A DNA stretch of 64,000 bases from Eledone cirrhosa. Lineage: Eukaryota. Below are positions 11,062 to 23,033 of the stretch, piece by piece. The stretch's first letter is position 1. Every line of letters starts with the position of its first letter. Made by a program: the position numbers and the translations under genes. The notes beneath the pieces are model-generated. The model was not told the origin of the DNA, did not search any database, and saw nothing but the letters and a program-made list of their open reading frames with translations. Where the stretch lies: assembly GCA_964016885.1 (NCBI GenBank), contig OZ024759.1:36704001-36768000 (forward strand). The letters run 5' to 3'.

Positions 11062-11973
11062 GTAAGTAGGGACCCCTTAATAATTAAGGATCGTCCTCTA
11101 AATAATTGCCCTATATACTCATGTAAAATCAGCCCCCCAATTTTTGCGAAAATCTAGAACTTATGTTCAGTAATCTTTGTGGACTTGAATTTTCGCTCTT
11201 CGAGTTGCTCATATACTCTTCGGTTTGTTGTTTTCCGGGTATTTTCGCTGTTTTTCTCTTTTCTCCCCTTTTCGCTTCTTTTATCCTATACTTTCTTTCC
11301 CTCCCTCCTTCGTTTTCCCAATAACTTACCCAGTTATTGAACGCACTGGGGGTAGATATCTTGTCTTTAATGCGCAGAAATATCCGAGACCCCCAGCAGA
11401 CAACTGATGAAGAAAACTTCTCCCGTTCTTGCTTTCTTCTTATTTTTAAGCATACCTTATCTAGCAACTACACAGCCACTTCTCTTCTTCATATATATAT
11501 TTATTTATATATATGTGAGTGTGTATGTCAACGACCATCCAATAAAGTATATTCTTTTAGCGGGGCAAGGGAGTGAGAGACCCCTAGTATTCATTGGGTC
11601 ATAAAACCTGCGACAGCCTAGTTGTTAGCATATTGGGCTTATGAACATAATGTCATGGGTTTGATTCCTGGACCAGGTTGTATGTACATGTATATATATA
11701 TGTGTGTGTTTGTGTATACATGTGATAGGAGTATTAGAGGACACTGCCAACAACATCAGTGACACGGAGAGGGGAGACAGATATACATGGGTGAATGCTG
11801 GTCTTTCACAAACAAACCTTGCCCAGGCTTGTGCCTCAGAGGGAAACTTTCTTGGTGCAAAAACATGGTCATTAGTGACTGATGGGGGCCTTAAAAATAT
11901 TGTGTATACATGTAACCCACAGATATTTGACAAAACCAAATAAATGGTTAAAATTCTTCTTGTCTTCTTCTAG

Positions 11974-12116
11974 AGACAAAGATGGTGCTGATGAGAATAC
12001 CAAGCGAGTTCTAAATTCCTTTAATCTTGGAGAGGTGACATCAAAGAGGGATGTAGTCATGGTCCAGTTTGTGTGTTCCTTTATGTCTCAGAGAGGAGCC
12101 TACGTTCTCGCAGCAG
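11974..12116 (+). CDS. HK: Hexokinase exon
   Basis: tctag|A...GCA G|gtaac; DVVMVQFVCSFMSQRGAYVLAAG, matching DxxxVxxVCxxVSxRAAxLxAAG. Confidence 0.92.
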
Positions 12117-12460
12117 GTAACTCTTCATTTCCTATTGCAATTTTTATATTTTTTGTTACCTACTTATCTTCCACATACATAAACACACAAACACACATAT
12201 ATATATAAGTTTATGTGTCTGTGTGTGTATGTATGTATATGTATGCTGAGATGCAACCAGTACTAACAGTGAAACTTATGCTAGACCCGTCAACTTTATA
12301 TATATATATATAATCATCATCATCATCGTTTAACATCTATCTTTCATGCTAGCATGAGTTAAACGGGAATTGTCCCATTTGAGGCAAGATTGGTCGGGTG
12401 ACCGTGTCTCGCTCATATAGGACTATCTGGCAGGTTTTCTATGACTGGATGCCCTTCCTA

Positions 12461-12522
<62 letters not shown>

Positions 12523-12599
12523 TAATAAGGGTTTAGATTGATATCCAATGATATATATCAATATCTAATCATATATATACATTGATAGACACGTTTCAA

Positions 12600-13109
12600 A
12601 TGCAGGTGGGTGCTATAGAAGTGGTTGATAGCTTCCGGTACCTAGGTGATCAGATTAGCATGGGAGGGGGGGGGGTGTTCCGAGGTCGTAGTATCTAGAA
12701 TAAGGATGGGTTGGAAGAAGTTTAGGGAGCTGCTTCCTCTGCTGACGAAGAAGGGTTTCTCCCTGCGCACGAAAGGTCGGTTATATGATGCCTGCAGTGT
12801 CAATGTGTGTGAACGGTCGAGCATGAATGTGTTGAGAGAGAAACTGTGTCTGAGAGGGATAAATTGTTGTGTGCGGGAGAGGAGACTGTGATGGTATGGA
12901 GGATGACCAATGGGTGAAGAAGTGCCAAGAAATGCCAGTTGAAGAAGACGTAGTAGAGGAAGACCACGAAAAACATGGGTGGAGGTGGTGAGAGCAGACC
13001 TCAGATGGAGATGACAAAGGATCGTGACAAGTGGAGAGATGCTGTGCTGAATAGGACTTGTCCCACCCTTGCAAGAAGGGAAAAGCGGACGTAAAATGTT
13101 GATGATGAT
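12600..13109 (+). mobile_element. RTE LINE 3' fragment, internally deleted
   Basis: VDSFRYLGD...GWKKFRELLPLL...GRPRKTW with a (GAT)n tail. Confidence 0.85.
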
Positions 13110-13396
13110 ATATATATATATATTATATATAAGAAGATAAGGTAGTTTTCACTTTTCGTTGGTAAAATCAAACTTGTGGAGTGATTATGCAACTGTTAAT
13201 GAACAAATAGCTTACCGAATAGTCTTCTGATCGTGTATAATTGAGTCCTGCAATATAACATCTCTAAACAGTCATTGTAGACCCTGCCATAACTCAATGA
13301 TGAAACACGTGTTAGGATGTATAATTATATAAGTTTTTCTTATCACTCCTTCTCTGTTTTTCCTAACTTATATATATATATTCTTTCTGTCAATAG

Positions 13397-13530
13397 GCCT
13401 GTCTGCTGTAGTGGACCGAGCAAAACAGCCAGAAGTGACCATAGCTGTTGATGGTTCCCTCTATGAACAACATCCTAAGTACCATGACTACATGTTAAAT
13501 GTAATACAAACTCTGTCTCCACAGATAAAG
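13397..13530 (+). CDS. HK: Hexokinase exon (adenosine motif)
   Basis: atag|GC...AAG|gtatg; EVTIAVDGSLYEQHPKY. Confidence 0.95.
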
Positions 13531-13600
13531 GTATGTACACATGCAAATAGATATATACACACACACATGCAAATAAATACATGCATAGTCATATATATTT

Positions 13601-14502
13601 ATCATCATCATCATCATCACCGTTTTACGTCCGTTCTTCCACGCTAGCATGGGTTAGACGGGTTGTCCTGTTGTGGGCAGTGTCTGGTCGGCTGACCATG
13701 CCTTGCTCATACAGGAACTGATCTGGCTTGATTTCTACAGCTGGATGCCCTTCCTAACACCAACCTCATTTACAGTGAGTGCTGGGTGCTTTTTCGTGGC
13801 GCCTACACGTCCACTTTACAGTGTGGGCTGGGTGCTTTTTTGCCGTGGCACCTCCACGGCCACCTTGCGGTGGAGGGGGGGGGGGCATATTGTTTATATG
13901 CTTCAGCATGTACCCATGGGAGGTCGGGTACCCTGTATTACTGCGTGACGCCAGAAGTCACGGTCGTGTGTCATTGACTTTGAGAGGTGTAGTTGGGTAA
14001 GGTCGGCTTTTATCACCTCATCCCAAGTCATCTTGGGTCTCCCCACTCCGCGGTTTCCATCAACTTCTAGTGCTCTGCACCTTTTTATGCAGCTGTCATC
14101 CTTCATACGCATCACATGTCCATACCAGCGTAACCGCCTCTCCTGCACGCAGCATTTGATTCCTCTTATGCTCAGTCTCTCTCTCAATTCCTTTATGCTT
14201 TGTCGTTCACGTATATTACTGTTACACATCCATCGGAGCATGCAGGCTTCGTTTCTCTCTAATCTACGTAAGTCTTCCACCTTCAGCGCCCAGGTCTCAC
14301 TACCATGCAACATCGCTGTTCGGATACACGCATCATACAGTCTGCCTTTCATTCTGAGGGAGAAGCCTTTTGCAGCTAGCAGTGGTAGTAGTTCCCTAAA
14401 CTTCTTCCATCCCGTTCTTACCCTAGTTATTGTACTTTCTGAGCACCCACCTCCGTTGCTAATTCGGTCACCTAGGTAGCAGAAGCTGTCTACCGTTTCT
14501 AC
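13601..14502 (-). mobile_element. RTE LINE, 5'-truncated young copy
   Basis: Open frame VDSFCYLGD...RRLRWYGHVMRM...GRPKMTW plus 3'UTR and (ATG)n tail; nearly identical to 17270-18160. Confidence 0.92.
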
Positions 14503-14666
14503 ACATAAATATATATACACACCCACACACATGCAAATATATATATATATGTATATATATACATACATACACGCAGACACAAATAAATACATATACACAC
14601 ATTCACCATTATATAAATTCCATTTGTTTTCAATCGGGTTAAATTCTGTGTTCTTTTATATTTCAG

Positions 14667-14735
14667 ACCAATATTGTTTTGGTAAAAGATTCCAGTGTGC
14701 AGGGATGTGCATTTGCTGCAGCAATTGTGCAATAA
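14667..14735 (+). CDS. HK: Hexokinase last coding exon
   Basis: tttcag|ACC...CAA TAA; TNIVLVKDSSVQGCAFAAAIVQ*, a divergent xxDGSGxGAAxxAA motif; AATAAA at 14731 and 14832. Confidence 0.85.
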   Translation, partial: TNIVLVKDSSVQGCAFAAAIVQ

Positions 14736-15429
14736 AAGACAACTATTATTCAGGGATGTGGATTTCGTGTTCATGGTTTGTCTAAATATATATACACACA
14801 CACACTTATATATATATATATAGTTTCTGCTAATAAAAAACATACACAATCAACTCCCCCCAAAAATTTGTATAAATAATTTAATACTAATTTACTACAG
14901 TAACAGCAGCTTGGTAGTTTTGGTTAGTTATCTCTAAGTAACTAACCTAAACTGCTGAGCTCATGGCCTATCCTCTACTTTTACTAATACACTTGCTCTG
15001 CATCTTATCATGTATTGAGTACTTCTTTGATTTGTGGTCTTCCCAGTCCCAGTACTGCAGAATATTATTATGTATATATATATCATCATCGTTTAATGTC
15101 CATCTTCCACGCTAGCATGGATTATATGTTTGTAAAAGGTAAACAAAAATAACAACACAATCGGTATAGTATATGGAAGGAATATATTAGGTTAACGCTT
15201 GATATAGCATATATATATGTCGTTTTGGTGACACGGTAAAAAGCACCCATTTCCACAAGTGTAAAAGTGGTTGGTGTTTTGAAGAGTAACCAGTTGTAGA
15301 AATCAAGCTAGAATCAGTTCTGTATGAGCAACACACGGTCATCTGATCTGGCTTATCTCACAACAGGACAACTTGTCTAACCCGTGCTTGAGTGGAAAAT
15401 GGACATTAAACAGTAATGATGATGTATGC

Positions 15430-15466
<37 letters not shown>

Positions 15467-15781
15467 GATGTGTGAGTATGTATTCATATATATACACACA
15501 CACACATATATATTATAAAAAGTTGGGACCCTGAGCTCTTGCCATTTCAACAGCAAGAGCTCAGCTGTTGGGGTCCCAACTCTTTATAATATAACCATAC
15601 TGTATTACCCCAAATATTGAGTACTCTGGTGAGAAATGGTCTAACCAATTTCAAACTGAATCAATTCTGATTTATATAAGAAACAGTTCTGTGTGAGCAA
15701 GACATGGCCACCTGATTCAACTTGCCCCAAACCAGACTAACATGGAAAATGAACATTAAATGATGATGATGATGATATATA

Positions 15782-15836
15782 TATATCTGATGAAAGCGTA
15801 CCAATGTTTTGGTACCCTTGAAATATATATAATAGA
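15782..15836 (+). ncRNA. Minimal type I hammerhead motif (Penelope-like)
   Basis: CTGATGA; 11-position stem II AAGCGTACCAA/TTGGTACCCTT with one mismatch; GAAA-T(ATAT)A-TA; AATAAA just downstream. Confidence 0.6.
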
Positions 15837-16059
15837 ATAAATATGGTTTTATGAATATAGTTTCCATTTATTTAATATCATTGAATATTATACTCCAGAA
15901 AACCCGTCGAGTGCTCTAAATCAGTTATAAACATTTATATTTGTTGAATTACCAACAAATTGAATATCCCTTTTGCTTATATATATTATATATATATATG
16001 CATGGCATCAGATTAATGTAAGTGAGAAGAAAACTATATAGAGTATAAATTGGTGTATT

Positions 16060-16485
16060 ATTGGCTACTGGAAGTGGTGGTGCTGCAGACTAAAGAGCAA
16101 GTACTAAAGACTGGTGCCTTTCTGAAACCCGGTGTATTTTGACTTTGTTTCATAAGATAGCCTCTCATCAAACATTGTGACTAAGTGTAGTTGATGGTAT
16201 TGTCTGCAAAAACGCTAAGTCAATAAGGCCTAAAGTTCTCCAGCTATTACATAAAGCCCATCTTGGTGTTACAAAGACTATTCCGGTCCAGAGAGTGTGT
16301 ATTCTGGATTAAGATCACACATGAAGTAACAGCATTGAAAGTTACCGTGCCTGTCAAGCAACTCACAATAGACAGTACTCAGAACTTTGCCATGTACTAT
16401 TGCTACATATCCATAGCAGACAATCTGCTTAGATATTTGTGAGTTCCGAGGTTTATTTTGTCTAATTGCAGCAGACCATTATAAT
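16060..16485 (+). mobile_element. Decayed Ty3/gypsy pol fragment (integrase Zn-binding region and start of core)
   Basis: LSVVDGIV...VLQLLHKAHLGVTKT...CVFW...CQ...QTICLDICEF...LIAADHY with frameshifts and stops. Confidence 0.65.
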
Positions 16486-16976
16486 TATTTTGTCACAATG
16501 AAGCAGACCTGCCAACCTCTAAAAATTCAAATGGGAAATGAGAAATGAGGCAAAATAGGGAGGTTTTACACAATGAAAGCTATACCCATTAAAGAAAATT
16601 GTATTGAAACATGTTAAAGAACAAACTCTAAATAAATCTTTCTCTTCTTACCTTTACTTCTTGCCTAGTTATTTGTTTTTCCTAGTACGATACCTTTAAA
16701 TATATATGCATATATATATGACCGCTGGGTAAAGAAGTGCCAGTAGAGGAAGACCACAAAAAACATGGGCGGAGGTGGTGAGAGCTGACCTCACGGAGGA
16801 GATGACAAAGGACCGTGACAAGTGGAAAGATGCTGTGCTGAATAGGATCTGTCCCACCATTGCAAGCAGGGAAAAGCGGACGTAAAATGATGATGATTTA
16901 TATATATATAATTGGTGTTGGATGCTTAAAGCGTCTGTATGAGCACTCAATGCCCTCATAGAGCAGAGTATGATAT

Positions 16977-17194
16977 CACAGAAAAAAGAGAATCAGTGTT
17001 GCGACGAAAGGAATTTATCGGACATATTACAAATGTTTCTGTTTCGTAGAATCGAGACGTATCCGAGGACCGCGCGATTTCAGAGTCAGGTTTGATCACC
17101 ACATCGATTGTGCCTCGAGCTGGTCGCCTGAGAAACATTTGTAATATGTCCAATAAATTCCTTTCGTCGCAACACTGATTCTCTTTTTTCTGTG
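16977..17194. mobile_element. Foldback element with 64-bp inverted arms
   Basis: 16977-17040 is the reverse complement of 17131-17194 with one mismatch; CAC...GTG ends flanked by ATAT. Confidence 0.65.
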
Positions 17195-17269
17195 ATATAT
17201 ATTATATATATATGGACTTATTTCAGTTTTTAACTCAATATATACTTTTGATATATATTTATATATATA

Positions 17270-19601
17270 TCATCATCACCGTTTTACGTCCGTTCTTCCA
17301 CGCTAGCATAGGTTAGACGGGTTGTCCTGTTGTGTGCAGTGTCTGGTCGGCTGACCATGCCTTGCTCATACAGGAACTGATCTGGCTTGATTTCTACAGC
17401 TGGATGCCCTTCCTAGCACCAACCTCATTTACATTGAGTGCTGGGTGCTTTTTCGTGGCGCCTACACGTCCACTTTACAGTGTGGGCTGGGTGCTTTTCT
17501 GCCGTGGCACCTCCACGACCACCTTGCGGTGGGGGGTGTGGGGGCATATTGTTTATATGCTTCAGCTTGTACCCATGGGAGGTCGGGTACTCTGTATTAC
17601 TGCGTGACGCCAGAAGTCACGGTCGTGTGTCATTGTCTTTGAGAGGTGTAATTGGGTAAGGTCGGCTTTTATCACCTCATCCCAGGTCATCTTGGGTCTC
17701 CCCACTCCGCGGTTTCCATCAACTTCTAGTGCTCTGCACCTTTTTATGCAGCTGTCATCCTTCATACGCATCACATGTCCATACCAGCGCAACCGCCTCT
17801 CCTGCACACAGCATTTGATTCCTCTTATGCTCAGTCTCTCTCTCAATTCATTTATGCTTTGTCGTTCACGTATATTACTGTTACACATCCATCGGAGCAT
17901 GCAGGCTTCGTTTCTCTCTAATCTACGTAAGTCTTCCACCTTCAGCGCCCAGGTCTCACTACCATGCAACATCGCTGTTCGGATACACGCATCATACAGT
18001 CTGCCTTTCATTCTGAGGGAGAAGCCTTTTGCAGCTAGCAGTGGTAGTAGTTCCCTGAACTTCTTCCATCCCATTCTTACCCTAGTTATTGTACTTTCTG
18101 AACACCCACCTCCGTTGCTAATTCGGTCACCTAGGTAGCAGAAGCTGTCTACTGGTTCTACAGGGCCCTCCCAGAGATTGGTGGTACTTGTTTCCTGTGG
18201 CTGTTTGCTGCTTGCTGTTTCAGCACAGCTGCTGCATGTGAATCCTACATTCTTAATTAAGCTTCCTGAGATCCCGCTACATCTCTTGTGTACCCATTGT
18301 TTGCATTTGGGGCAGAGAATGGAGTTCCTACCTACACCTTTCCTACATACTGAGCAAGGCCATTTCCCCGAGGGGATCTGGGTTCTGTTTTCTCATCTAC
18401 TTACAAGGACCTTAGTCTTGGTCATGTTGACTTTGAGACCCTTTCTCTCTAGTCCCTGCTTCCAGGTTTGGAATTTATTCTCTAGTTCTACCATAGATTC
18501 AGCTATAAGTGCGAGGGCATCCGGTCTTAAACTCCTCCGTTATTGCCTGCAGGACTATGATGAACAGGTGGGGGCTAAGAACAGAGCCCTGGTGGACCCC
18601 AACCTGTACGCTAAATTCCTCGCTATACTCATTGCTAATCCTAACTTTGCTGACTGCTCCCCTATACATGGCTTGTACCGCTTTCACAAGCCATTCATCT
18701 ACTCCCTAGTTTTCTAAGAGCCCACCAGATTACAGCACGTGGAACTCTGTCAAAGGCTTTCTCAAGGTCGACAAATGCCAAGTAGAGTGGCTTACTTTTA
18801 GCTAGGTACTTTTCCTGTAACTGCCTCACAAGGAAGAGGGCATCAGTGGTGCTTCCTGGTACAAACCCAAATTGCATCTCATCTATATTCACCCGGTCCC
18901 TAATCAGCTGTGCTATAACTCTTTCTGTTACTTTCATGACCTGGTCCATCAACTTTATACCTCTATAGTTTCCTCTATCTAGTGCATCGCCTTTGCCTTT
19001 GTAGCAGTTGACAATGATGCTACCTCCTGTTTCTGGTCCTCACGTTGTAAAACATGCTTGAATTTTCTATCCTCTGCTTCCCTCCTAGCTAAGTATACTT
19101 GTCGCCTAGCTTCCCTCTTGGTCTCTATGTAATGTACCCTGCTCCACCCGTTCTTCCATTCTTTCCATGCCTGTCTCTTGGCCTTAACTGCTTCATCTAC
19201 CTTATTGTTCCACCACCAAGTCACTCTCCTCCTGCTTGTGGTCTTACTCCAGCCACAGACCTCATCCGTCGCCTCTAGTAAATTATTTTTTAGGAACTCC
19301 CAGTTCTCTTCTACGTTAAATGTCTCTATCTGTTCCTCTTTACTGTCGTAGGCGTTGAGTAAAATATCTTTAAATCTGTTACTGGTTGAGGGGACTTTCA
19401 GCCTCCAGATCTTTCTTCTCCAGGTTGGCCTCTGTTTCCGGGTTCGTCTAGTTCTGACAACTAAGCTATGTTGGCATGTACATTCCTCACTAGGGAAGGC
19501 TTTTGTGTTTACGACCGTCCATCTGTCACGTCCTCTGATGAGGATAAAATCTAACTGACTAGAGTGCTCCCCTGATCTATAGGTGATCAGGTGGTTATCG
19601 G
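17270..19601 (-). mobile_element. RTE LINE, 5'-truncated (APE C-terminus, RT, Cys/His finger, 3'UTR), inactivated
   Basis: HLITYRSG...QLDFIL...CQHSLVV (APE); QFGF, FVDLEKAFDRV, GVHQGSVLSP (RT); internal deletions and frameshifts. Confidence 0.93.
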
Positions 19602-22600
19602 TTTTTTTTTATATATATATATCAAACCGTCCATAAAAATTGACACATTGGATAAAGTAGTCCTCGATACACTATACTTTAGCTGAAAGAACAAAACCCA
19701 GGCATGTTTAATGGCTGCCCACACAGAAAGAGCAACAAACTTTAAGAGGAGAGTTTTGACTGTAATATACAAGGGATGTAACTCTCGCAGTAAGGAAGGT
19801 AACTCTAAAATTACGGAGTCTGATGGAGGCACATGGCAAACAATTTTGGTGGGAGGGCAAGTCGATTAAATCGACTCCAGTGCATTACTGGTACTTTATT
19901 TTATCGACCCCATCAGGATGAAAGGCAAAGCTAACATCGACGGGATTTGATGGTGAAATGTTGAACTTCAATTGTTACCGACAACGAGTGTTCCTGTTGA
20001 ATCTACGGAAGTGCCTGCTCGAGAAATTAAAATATAAGTGACTGAATATTCCATGGGGACATTGCAGCGTTAACATTACTCTTTATTAAATATTCTATTT
20101 TCACGGAAAAAACTTTATCTCGCATAATATCGAATTTACGAGTTTTCGTTAATGTAGATATGAGCGGCCAGTTACGACCTGTTTGAACAGAAAGAGGTGA
20201 GAGAAATATGGCCGGTTTAAATGCTAAAGGGTTAAGATAATTCCTAGGGAGATTGAGCGTGACAGAGCTGGTTCCTTGAATAACAGGTACAACGTGAAAT
20301 AAAGTGTTTTGCTTAAGGAGACAACCCGTTACCCGGCCTAACAAACGAACTCACAACCTTACAATCACCAGAACAATTTAACCACTAAGTCATACGTTTT
20401 TTACAGTGAAATTATATTTTTTATTATACAGAGCATATAAATAAATTTACAGTAGAATAACATAACAAACATGTCCCAAATACATACATAAACAACATTA
20501 CAAATGCTCAGATAACACCACAAATTGCTCGCGATTCTTTCAGGATATATTATTCACAGTTGTATAAATAACATTACAAATCATTTGCAATTCTTTCAGA
20601 ATGAAAATATAAACAGCATAGAAATAAATTTACAGTAGAATAACATAACAAATATGTTTTAAATATATACATAAATAACATTACAAATTGCTCGCGATTC
20701 TGTCAGAAAGATATATTCTTTTAAAGTTACAATATTAAAGAAAATATAAAGGAAGGATTGAACAACGGAGCCAACACCAGAGCAAAAGACAACAGCGAGG
20801 AGTACTGGGTAACCTCTCTAATGATTTTATATGTTTTGGGATTATTTGAAGCAGTGGTTCACTAAATAGATGTTACTAGGACATTTGGTAGCACGGAGAC
20901 ACTAAAGGTTTGTCTTGTTTACTCTCGTCTTTTTTTTTTACTTGGACTACCTTTTATTTTCTATATCTATCCTTTTCGATCTTGTCTCTATTTTTGTACT
21001 CTCGAAGGGCTAAAGCCCGACACGTCGAACTTTCTTTCCTCTTTTCCATATAAAGATAACTTTGCTAGTATTATATTTACAGGGTGCCCCTCCCCCCGCC
21101 AAAAAAATGATTACCTGTACAGGCAATATTTATTAGAATACTGTTGAAGTGTGTATACATTTTTTGGGACACCCGATATTTTAATGTTTATAAAACACAC
21201 GCACACTTAAGTAAAACAGGAAGAACATAATGAACTTCTAAGCACAAACAAAGCTATTACGGATCGATTAACCTCGAAATGAGCCATAAAACAGCGCCAT
21301 CTGTTTAGCTCTAGAATCGGAAAAAATCAATTAACTATACCCGAAAATGAATTTATCGGTAAATTTATAAAAAGATACCTTCACCGATTTCAGTGAGAAA
21401 TAATTTTTTCCCCTCGTTTGTGTGTGTCATTTAAGGTTTAATCTAGAATCTCTATACTTGGGTGCGCTCCTCCTCCATGTAACTAAAAAAAAAAAAAAGC
21501 TTAATTTCCAACCAATTTCTTTAAAAACACATCAAACACCACAGGAAAAACCTCCTTTTGTTTTTATATGTCTATTTACGTTTGAGTGTGGATATATATA
21601 TTATCATCATCGTTTAACGTGTTTCCCACTCTAGCATGGGTTAGACGAATTGAACTGTTGTGAGATAGGCCAGGTCAGGTGACCATGTCTTGCTCATACA
21701 GAACTGTTTCTGGCTTGGCTTCTATGGCTGGATGTCATTCCTAACGCCAACCACTTTACAGTGTGGACTGGGTGCTTTTTGTTTGTATGTATGTGTGTGT
21801 GTGTATATATATACACAAATAATGAATCAAAACATATCAAATATGTTTAGAATTTTGTGTTTCTCAATAGACTTTATCTAGAGCCATAGTAACCAAATAA
21901 AAAAGATATATGTAAATAGAAAGAGCCATATATTGTATAAGAAAGACAGTATATTGTATATATACCAAATACATATTCTATAGAAGAATATGTGTACATA
22001 TGCATGCATGTGTATATATATAATGTATTGACCATGAGCTTGGCTGGTCTCACCTGGGGATTCAGCCAGATAAATTGGAGACAGTTGCTTCTCACAGGAC
22101 CTGTTGGAAGGCGTGCTCGAGGAATAAGTGGGCAAAGATGATGATGACGATGACTAGCTAGCAATTTTATAATGAAAGAATAAAGCAATGATAATAATTA
22201 AATCATGCTGATCTGAGAGCTGATAAAGGTGAAAATGTGTGTCTTGAATATCACCCTTTATTTCCTTCTTCCAGTCACTTCTGTGCACCAACACACTTCT
22301 TGTTTTCCCCCTCTTTCAATCTTTTCTATATTTCATCTGCGCCTGTCACTCACCTTGTGGATTATCTCTGTGTCAACCACTGGTCGCTGGTCTCTGGTCT
22401 ATATTTGCCCATTGCTGTCTTCTAGCAATGAGTTTTCATATGTATTCAAATACATTCTTGCTTCATCTCGATCAGAGACATTGTTTTAATAATAATGATT
22501 TTTAATTAAGACACAACCGTAGTAATTTGTTGGGAGAAAGTCAATTATTTTGACCCCAGTATTTTATTTTATCAACCTTAGAAAAATGAAAAGCAAAATT

Positions 22601-23033
22601 AATGTTGGCAAGATGACAACTTAAAGCTAGTTAGTTAGGCACCTCTTATAAATACTGTAATGACATCTTATCTGACACTAGCAATTCTGCAGGTCCTCCA
22701 CCACCCTAGTAAAGATTTCAGATTTAAGGTGAAGGCCAGCAAAATTTAGGGAGAAAGAAGGAAGTCGATCATATAGACCCCAGTACATAACTGGTACTTT
22801 ATTAAATTGAATTTGGGAGGATGAAAAGCAAAGTTGACCTTAGTGGGATTTGAACTCAGAACATTGCAAAGCATTTTGTCTGACACTCAAATAATAATAA
22901 TAATGGTTTCTTATATAGGCACAAGGCCAGCAATTAAATCGACCCCAGTGCATTACTGGTACTTTAATTTTATCGACTCTGTAGGAACTCTATCATTGAA
23001 AGACATGTGAAACCTCCAAGCCAGCTAAACATG

